Positions 28,674 through 34,342 of a DNA stretch of 34,342 nucleotides are shown piece after piece; position 1 is the first letter of the stretch; each line of letters opens with the position of its first letter. Below the pieces are notes generated by a model. It ran no database searches. It was not told the origin of the DNA and saw only the letters and a program-made list of their open reading frames with translations. A program made the translations under genes and the position numbers. Source of the stretch: Candidatus Krumholzibacteriota bacterium (GTDB lineage Bacteria > Krumholzibacteriota > Krumholzibacteriia > LZORAL124-64-63); the NCBI GenBank assembly GCA_039714075.1, contig JBDLKA010000032.1, forward strand, positions 1-34,342, read 5' to 3'.

Positions 28674-30488
28674 CTAGGCTTCCGGCGCGTTTCTGGGAAG
28701 CGGTAATATAAAGGAAAACGCCGCACCGCCTTCCGGCAGGTTTTCCGCTCCGGTCACTCCGCCGTGGGACTTGATGATCTGGGAACAGATGGTCAATCCC
28801 AGCCCCGAGCCCGTGGTCTTGGTGGAGAAAAACGGCGAATAGAGCTGGTCCCCGACATCTTCAGCAAATCCCGGGCCATCGTCCCGGACCTCGACCTCGA
28901 CGCCGCCTTCCACCATGCGGGAGCGGATCTCGATCCGCCCGCCCTCGGGCTGGGCCTGCATGGCGTTGACGATGAAGTTCTGCAAGACCTGCTGGATTTC
29001 GCCGGGATGGACATCCAGGGCGATGCCCCCGGTTTTCAGCTCCATTCCCACCCGAATGCCCTGGTTTTGCAGTTCGGTCGCGAATTTATCGGCTGTTTCG
29101 GCGACGATCCGGTCGACCACCACTTCCTTGCGGAGTCTTTTCCGGGGCCGGATGAAATCCAGGAGGTCGTGGATGATCGTCTCCATGCGGGCGACTTCGC
29201 TGGAAATGATTTCCGCGGACTGGCGGTTGGGGTCATCCTCGTCCAGGCTGCGCTTGAGGCTGCGGGCGAACCCGCCGATCGCCACCAGGGGGTTGCGAAG
29301 TTCGTGGGCAACGATGGCCGAAGTCTCCCCCATGACGCTCAGCCGCTCCATGCGCATCAGGGTTTCCTGGTCGTCCTTCTGTTTCTGGTGGGCCCGGCGC
29401 AGATCCAGCAACCGCTGCTCGAGTTCGGAATAGAGCCGGCTGTTTTCGATGGCGCCGGCGCTCTGGTTGGCGAACATCTGCAGGAATTCCAGGTCCAGGT
29501 CGCTGATTTCCGTGCCGCTGATGGCATTGTCCGCCAGGATGACCCCGATGGACCCCGCCCTGGTGGTCAGGGGGGCCACGGCGAATTCCCCGCTGCCCAG
29601 CCACCGGCGAACGTCCTGCACCCCGGGCATGGCCGTGTCGCCCCGCACCCGCAGCACGTGGCGGTCGGCCATGACCCTGACCAGGATGTGCTCTTCATCC
29701 TCCAGGGATACCGAAAGGTTGCGAACGATTTCGTTGACGGCCACGTCGGTCTGCTTGATCGACTGGTCGTAGCTGGTCATCATTTCGAAAAGGTCGCCCG
29801 GCTGGTCGGCAAGATCCTGCCAGATACGCGAGGCCTCCTCCGCATTGCTGGGCCCGATGGCTATTTCACCCCGCAACTGGTCGTCGGTTTCGTTGACCAG
29901 CAGCAGAAAAGCCCGGTTGAAGCGCAGCCCCTGGCCCGCGGTCATGCAGATGAGCACCGCTTCGAGAATCTGATCGAGCGACAGGTTGGCCCCGTACAGT
30001 GCTTCACTGACCTGGTTCAACAGGGAGAGCTTGGCCAGCCGGGCGGCCCGCATCTGGTCCTCGAGGTCCCGCTTGCGGATGTCCGCCAGCAACATGAGGC
30101 AATGATTGTTCCGCTCGGGATCCCCACCGGTATCCAGCCCCTCGTAAAGGGCGGAGAAGGGTGAACACTGGACCTCGACCGGAACGACGTCCCCCCCGGC
30201 GTGACGCACCTGCAACTGACGCAGCATGCTGGTGCTGCAATGGCCCTCTTCCCCGCAATGCGTCACACTTGACGGCGGTACGAACAGGTTCTCCAGTGCC
30301 AAACCCACCAGTTCCAGGTTCTCCATGCCCAGCAGGGTCCCGGCGCCCTTGCTGGCCACCGCGATTTCGCCGTCCGGATTGATGACCAGCATGGGCGACT
30401 CGGCCGCCTCGAAACCAGCCGTGGCGAGATCCGCCCGTCGCCGCAGGAACCCCCGGTGATCCACTTTGTTTTCCTTTTCCGGTGACAT
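28674..30488 (-). CDS. Sensor histidine kinase (PAS-like, GAF, HisKA, HATPase), apparently cytoplasmic
   Basis: H-box AHELRNPL, N-box QVLQNFIVNAMQA, DDGPG, PFFSTK and GSGLGL. GAF-like FNRAFLLL...VAPL...GVILADN...FANQSAGAIEN. No clear transmembrane helix. Confidence 0.92.
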   Translation of the reverse strand: MSPEKENKVDHRGFLRRRADLATAGFEAAESPMLVINPDGEIAVASKGAGTLLGMENLELVGLALENLFVPPSSVTHCGEEGHCSTSMLRQLQVRHAGGDVVPVEVQCSPFSALYEGLDTGGDPERNNHCLMLLADIRKRDLEDQMRAARLAKLSLLNQVSEALYGANLSLDQILEAVLICMTAGQGLRFNRAFLLLVNETDDQLRGEIAIGPSNAEEASRIWQDLADQPGDLFEMMTSYDQSIKQTDVAVNEIVRNLSVSLEDEEHILVRVMADRHVLRVRGDTAMPGVQDVRRWLGSGEFAVAPLTTRAGSIGVILADNAISGTEISDLDLEFLQMFANQSAGAIENSRLYSELEQRLLDLRRAHQKQKDDQETLMRMERLSVMGETSAIVAHELRNPLVAIGGFARSLKRSLDEDDPNRQSAEIISSEVARMETIIHDLLDFIRPRKRLRKEVVVDRIVAETADKFATELQNQGIRVGMELKTGGIALDVHPGEIQQVLQNFIVNAMQAQPEGGRIEIRSRMVEGGVEVEVRDDGPGFAEDVGDQLYSPFFSTKTTGSGLGLTICSQIIKSHGGVTGAENLPEGGAAFSFILPLPRNAPEA

Positions 30489-30490
30489 CG

Positions 30491-31960
30491 CTAACCACCC
30501 TTGGTTCGGCTGGCGGCCCGGTATAGTTTTTCATACTTGATGGCCGATTTCTTCCAGCTGAAATCGCACTTCATGCCCCGCTCCTGCAGCAAACGCCACT
30601 TCCCGGGGTTTTCCCACAACCCCTCGGCGGTTCGCAGCGCGGACAGGAGTTCCTCCGGGCTCGCCTCGTCGAACACGAACCCGTTGCCGGTTTTTTTCGC
30701 CGCGTCCGTGATGGTGTCGGCCAGGCCTCCGGTCCGGCGCACCACCGGCAGTGTTCCGTAACGCAGGGAATACATCTGGGACAGGCCGCAGGGCTCGAAA
30801 ACACTCGGCATGAGGAACAGGTCGCTGCCCGCGTAGATCCGGTGGGCCAGGGACTCGTCGAAGGAGCCGACAAAAGCCACCTTGTCCGGATGCCGTTTCG
30901 CGGCCTGGCGGGCCGCCGCCTCCGTGGCCTTGTCCCCGGTTCCCAGCACCGCGAACGTGAAGCCGTCGTCCGCCAGGCGATCCAGCAGGGGAAGAACCAG
31001 GTCGAGCCCCTTCTGCCGCACCAGCCTTCCTACGAATCCACACAGCGGCTTGCTCTTCTCGTTCTTCAGGCCAAGTTCCCCGAGAAGTTCCCGCCTGCAG
31101 ACTTCCTTGCCGGAGTGATCGGCCGGGCCGAAATTGGCCGGCAGGAATTTGTCCCGACGGGGATCCCAGGTCGTGTAATCGGCCCCGTTCAGGATGCCGG
31201 AATACGCCTCTTCACGGCCGGACAACACCCCCTCCAGCCCGCACCCGAAATCGGGATCCGTCGTGGTCTCCTCCGCATAGGTCGGGCTGACGGTGTTGAC
31301 CCGGTCCGCCGCCAGGATGCCCGCCTTCAAAAGATTGATGCTGCCGTGAAACTCGAGCAGCCCCGGATACGACGCCATGGACCGGGGCAACCCGAGGGTA
31401 TCGGCTCCGGCCACGGGATGGATTTCCTGGTGGGCGAGATTGTGGATGGTCAAAAGAGTCCCCGCGGGCCCCGGCAGCGGCCGGCCGCCGTACCAGTGGC
31501 GCCGGTACAGGATGGCCGGCGCCGCCTCGGCGTCATGGGCGTGGACGACGTCCACCGGCCAGTCCAGCAACCGGGCCAGCAGCAGGGCCGCCTGTCCGTG
31601 CAACGCGGCCCGCGCCAGGGCATCGTCGAAGGTCTTGCCGTCCTCGTCGGCATAGACCCCCGCCCTGTCGTACAGAGCGGGACACTCGACCAGATAGACC
31701 TTGACCGCGGCCCGGGGCGAACCGCGCATATGAAAGCGGATGTCGTGCATTTCCTGACCCACGCGCAGGGACAGGGGCGGGATCTTGGCAATCGGCCGGA
31801 TCTTCTCCCGCTCCCGGTCGAGATGGCCGTACAAGGGAAGCACAACGCGGACATCGTGTTTACGGGCGGCCATGGCCGCCGCCAGGGCGGTGACGACATC
31901 GGCCAGCCCGCCGACCTTGGCGAAGGGGGCCATTTCAGCACTGACCATCAGGACGTTCAC
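30491..31960 (-). CDS. glgA: Glycogen synthase
   Basis: Motifs KVGGLADV, TIHNLAHQ, TVSPTYA, GILNG, GRLVRQKG, EPCGLSQ and TGGLADT. Confidence 0.95.
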   Translation of the reverse strand: MNVLMVSAEMAPFAKVGGLADVVTALAAAMAARKHDVRVVLPLYGHLDREREKIRPIAKIPPLSLRVGQEMHDIRFHMRGSPRAAVKVYLVECPALYDRAGVYADEDGKTFDDALARAALHGQAALLLARLLDWPVDVVHAHDAEAAPAILYRRHWYGGRPLPGPAGTLLTIHNLAHQEIHPVAGADTLGLPRSMASYPGLLEFHGSINLLKAGILAADRVNTVSPTYAEETTTDPDFGCGLEGVLSGREEAYSGILNGADYTTWDPRRDKFLPANFGPADHSGKEVCRRELLGELGLKNEKSKPLCGFVGRLVRQKGLDLVLPLLDRLADDGFTFAVLGTGDKATEAAARQAAKRHPDKVAFVGSFDESLAHRIYAGSDLFLMPSVFEPCGLSQMYSLRYGTLPVVRRTGGLADTITDAAKKTGNGFVFDEASPEELLSALRTAEGLWENPGKWRLLQERGMKCDFSWKKSAIKYEKLYRAASRTKGG

Positions 31961-31961
31961 G

Positions 31962-33032
31962 TCATGATCCTTCCGCGCGGAGCCTTTGCGCCGCCGTTTC
32001 GGGAATTACCGAATTGATGGTGAATCCCGTTCCCACCTCGAAACCGGCCGGCCGGCTCAGGCGGGGCATGATCTCCACATGCCAATGAAAATCCTCCTGC
32101 GGCGAGTATGCCAGTTCATCCAGCCTTTCGTCACCGAACACTTCACCGGCGGGCGGCTTCACCGGGGCGCTGTGGACCACCATATTCAGCGACAGGTCCC
32201 CGTGGATGGCGGTCAAACCCCGCAGGCAAAAGGACAGAACCTCGGCCAAGGCGTCCAGATCTTCATCGTTCGCTTCGGTCAGACAGACCTTGTGCTCGAG
32301 GGGAACCAGAAGCATTTCCCAGGGGAACCGGCTGGCCCAGGGCGCCAGGGCGATCCAGCGGTCATTGGACCGCACCACCCGTTCGGCGGCTTTCAATTCG
32401 GCGGCCGCCAGGTCGCACAGGAGACACCCGCGGTTCCGGGCCCGATAGTCGGCGAACCTGACCGCCTTGTCGACCAGCAGGGAAGGCAATTCGGGAGTGC
32501 CGATGATCTGCATGTGGGGATGGGCCAGGGTGGCCCCCGCCTCGGGGCCGTGGTTGCAGAAAGGCGATACGTACCTGTGACCCGGCCGGCGGGAAAAAAC
32601 TTCGGCCCGGCCCCGCAAAACCTTCAGGAGTTCCCCCAGGTCGGCCACCGTCAATGAATCGAGGCCCGCGGCGTGGTCCGGTGAATAGACGATCACTTCG
32701 TGGGATCCCAGGCCCGGCCGCTCGGGGAACAGGCCGGACTCTTCGTCCGGAGTGCGGGGCTCCTCCAGGGTGGGAACTTCAGGGTGCAACGCGGGAAACT
32801 TGTTGGGAAAAACCCGCATGTTCCAGCCGGGACCGTTCGCGGGAGATCCGGAGGCCCGGCCGAGGGCCAGGATTTCCGGTGTGGTTTGGTGTTCGTTGCC
32901 GGGACAGAAGGGACAACCGTCCCCCGGAGCCGGATCCCGGCGCATCAGACGGAATTCATTGGGGCGGTCACCCCGGCTCGCAGCCATGATCACCCAGCGC
33001 CCCGTCAAAGGGTCCTGGCGCAGCGTCGACAT
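31962..33032 (-). CDS. galT: Galactose-1-phosphate uridylyltransferase family (GalT-like nucleotidyltransferase)
   Basis: ATG 33032. Motifs LRQDPLTGRWV, CPFCPGNE, NKFPAL, AGATLAHPHMQ (HPH nucleophile), HWHVEI and AGFE. Confidence 0.9.
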   Translation of the reverse strand: MSTLRQDPLTGRWVIMAASRGDRPNEFRLMRRDPAPGDGCPFCPGNEHQTTPEILALGRASGSPANGPGWNMRVFPNKFPALHPEVPTLEEPRTPDEESGLFPERPGLGSHEVIVYSPDHAAGLDSLTVADLGELLKVLRGRAEVFSRRPGHRYVSPFCNHGPEAGATLAHPHMQIIGTPELPSLLVDKAVRFADYRARNRGCLLCDLAAAELKAAERVVRSNDRWIALAPWASRFPWEMLLVPLEHKVCLTEANDEDLDALAEVLSFCLRGLTAIHGDLSLNMVVHSAPVKPPAGEVFGDERLDELAYSPQEDFHWHVEIMPRLSRPAGFEVGTGFTINSVIPETAAQRLRAEGS

Positions 33033-33069
33033 TATTTTCAGGTTCCTTCCCAAAAAATCGTAATCCGGT

Positions 33070-33094
33070 GGAACTTCTCACCCGCCGGTCCGTA
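33070..33094 (+). promoter_or_regulatory. ECF sigma factor-type promoter candidate
   Basis: GGAAC(TT)-16 nt-CGTA just before the candidate sRNA. An overlapping TAGAAT at 33093..33098 could also act as a sigma70 -10. Confidence 0.55.
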
Positions 33095-33100
33095 GAATAC

Positions 33101-33235
33101 ACCGTGACGGAGATATTACCAAACGCAACCCATTGGGGTGCACCTCCTCCGGCCACGGCGAACATTGACTGAGTGAGGCGAGTAGCGAGGCGAGCAAGGG
33201 AAACGGGCCCCAGGGCGAAGGGTCCGTTTCCTTTT
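33101..33235 (+). ncRNA. Candidate small regulatory RNA with anti-SD/anti-AUG segment
   Basis: Bounded by a promoter-like motif and a terminator, with no convincing plus-strand ORF. 5' stem CCGTG/CACGG plus CGGAG/CTCCG. Contains CATTGGGGTGCACCTCCTCC. Confidence 0.55.
33196..33235 (+). terminator. Intrinsic terminator of the candidate sRNA
   Basis: AAGGGAAACGGGCCC-(9 nt)-GGGTCCGTTTCCTTTT. The 15-bp stem has two G-U pairs that form only on the plus strand. Confidence 0.7.
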
Positions 33236-33395
33236 GGTTGTGCCTTCGAAATTGTGTCTGGTCGCAAGAACATATCAGACATCAAAAAGAGGTGTCCCCG
33301 GGGACACCTCTTTTTGTAATATAATCATCTCTGCATGATATTTTCAGCCCGCCTGGCACCTGCCTGACCCCGGACACAATTTCGAAGGCACAACC
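33236..33395. mobile_element. MITE-like non-autonomous element (160 bp) with 26-bp terminal inverted repeats
   Basis: GGTTGTGCCTTCGAAATTGTGTCTGG (33236..33261) matches the reverse complement of 33370..33395 at 25/26. It has inner nested inverted repeats and no coding capacity. Confidence 0.6.
33283..33316. repeat. Perfect 34-bp palindrome, possible bidirectional terminator or REP-like unit
   Basis: CAAAAAGAGGTGTCCCC|GGGGACACCTCTTTTTG read directly from the sequence. Confidence 0.85.
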
Positions 33396-34291
33396 TAACC
33401 GGAGACATTCAGGGCGCGGCACGGCAACCGGCCCGATGCCTCCAAACGCCCCACATACTGCCCCAAGGTTTCGAAATCGCCATGGGCCAGGATCTTCTCG
33501 ATTTTAGCTGGCATCGTGGCCTGCCCCCCCTGGCTGCGCAGGCTGGTGAGTGACGACTGCCCCACCCGGGGCCGGAAATCATCCATTTCCCAAGGATGCA
33601 TGTACACCAGGCAGGGCAGCCCCTGCCCGCGGGCGCGATTCCGCAGGAACCGGAAGGCCGGCCAGGGCAGCATCCGCAGGTAACCCCCGCCGGAAAACGG
33701 AATATTGGCGCCGAAAAACCGCCAGGTGGGCATGGGCACGACGGTAAAAGGAGGTCCTTGGCCCTCCAGACGGAAGGGCTTGCGGGGTGAATCAGGTTGC
33801 CCGTAGCGGGGGTGGTGAATGGGAAAGATCGAACAATCGTAGCGGAAACCGCAGTCGCGCAGAACCTCCAGATATCCGTGCACCGAAGGGGTGATGCTGA
33901 AACTGGGAGCCCGATAACCCACCGGGCCGTCCACGCCCGCGGCCGACAACGCCGCCAGGGCCCGGTCGCAATCTTCCCGGAACTGGTCCCGGGTCAACTT
34001 GAAGACCTCGGGATGCCCATAACTGTGGCAGCCGATCTCGTGCCCCCGGTGGGCGATTTCCCGCACCACGTCGGGATGGCGTTCGGCCGTCCATCCCAAT
34101 ACGAAAAAAGTGCCCTTCACGCCGAACCGGTCCAGCATGTCCAGACACAGGGCCACGCCTTTTTCGACCCGCGACTCCTGGTCGTCCCAGACCTCGGGAG
34201 GCATGTGGTCGAGATAGTTGTGACCGTGGAACCACTCTTCCACCTCGACGGTGATGATGTCGCGAGGAATAACGGCAGCAGGTTGGGCCAT
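33395..34291 (-). CDS. Polysaccharide deacetylase family protein (CE4, DUF3473 / PEP-CTERM-locus-like subfamily)
   Basis: Motifs ITVEVEEWFH, TFFVLGW.AE, GHEIGCHSYGH, GYRAPSFSI, YDCSIFP..HPRYG, GGGYLR and YMHPWEMD. Confidence 0.9.
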   Translation of the reverse strand: MAQPAAVIPRDIITVEVEEWFHGHNYLDHMPPEVWDDQESRVEKGVALCLDMLDRFGVKGTFFVLGWTAERHPDVVREIAHRGHEIGCHSYGHPEVFKLTRDQFREDCDRALAALSAAGVDGPVGYRAPSFSITPSVHGYLEVLRDCGFRYDCSIFPIHHPRYGQPDSPRKPFRLEGQGPPFTVVPMPTWRFFGANIPFSGGGYLRMLPWPAFRFLRNRARGQGLPCLVYMHPWEMDDFRPRVGQSSLTSLRSQGGQATMPAKIEKILAHGDFETLGQYVGRLEASGRLPCRALNVSG

Positions 34292-34294
34292 CGG

Positions 34295-34342
34295 TCACTC
34301 CACCCGGCGCCCGGCGCGGGCCAGGCAGGCAAACTGAAGGTA
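34295..34342 (-). CDS. Probable 3' end of an upstream gene, truncated by the window edge
   Basis: Open frame YLQFACLARAGRRVE-TGA ends 3 nt before the deacetylase ATG. Too short to identify. Confidence 0.35.
   Translation of the reverse strand, partial: YLQFACLARAGRRVE

Noticed and set aside
33101..33235. Candidate sRNA considered as tRNA, 16S rRNA 3' fragment, 6S or SRP RNA
   Set aside because: No cloverleaf or TTCGA arm, no rRNA context beyond CACCTCCT, and no recognisable SRP or 6S features by eye.
33395..34291. Evidence for a PEP-CTERM/exosortase system
   Set aside because: Only the deacetylase subfamily hints at it. No exosortase or PEP-CTERM-tailed protein is in the window.

Overview
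A GC-rich bacterial chromosomal segment with AT-rich intergenic spacers and mostly housekeeping content. From left to right it carries: two tandem paralogous surface lipoproteins with SdrD-B-like domains (the first is cut by the window edge and absent from the ORF track); a TPR protein; a FabK/nitronate monooxygenase-family flavoprotein; a FadF-like membrane Fe-S/CCG oxidoreductase; a cohesin-like secreted protein; a nucleotide-sugar operon ending in a degenerate HemC-like gene; a pyrR-pyrB-pyrC-(TPR lipoprotein)-pyrK-pyrD operon; a small secreted monoheme cytochrome c; a dusB/LysM-TPR/duplicated ABC ATPase run; a GT4 glycosyltransferase with a nitrilase-family hydrolase; a galT-glgA-histidine kinase-receiver-glgC glycogen cluster; and a polysaccharide deacetylase. 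No rRNA, tRNA, CRISPR array or transposase was seen. The strongest leads are: (1) two unrelated secreted proteins share the C-terminal signature PVxxxS[WF]Gx[IF]KxL[YF]R-stop, suggesting a C-terminal sorting system; (2) a candidate ~135-nt sRNA with an ECF-type promoter, an anti-Shine-Dalgarno/anti-AUG segment and its own terminator, directly abutted by a 160-bp MITE-like inverted-repeat element; (3) a HemC homologue lacking the cofactor cysteine and several substrate arginines and carrying a long acidic tail; (4) a PyrC with altered metal and substrate ligands; (5) a conserved promoter and a 5'-UTR hairpin with pairing-preserving changes in front of both lipoprotein paralogues. All family calls come from motif recognition by eye, not database searches. 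An FCB-related lineage such as Krumholzibacteriota/Latescibacterota is only a tentative guess.
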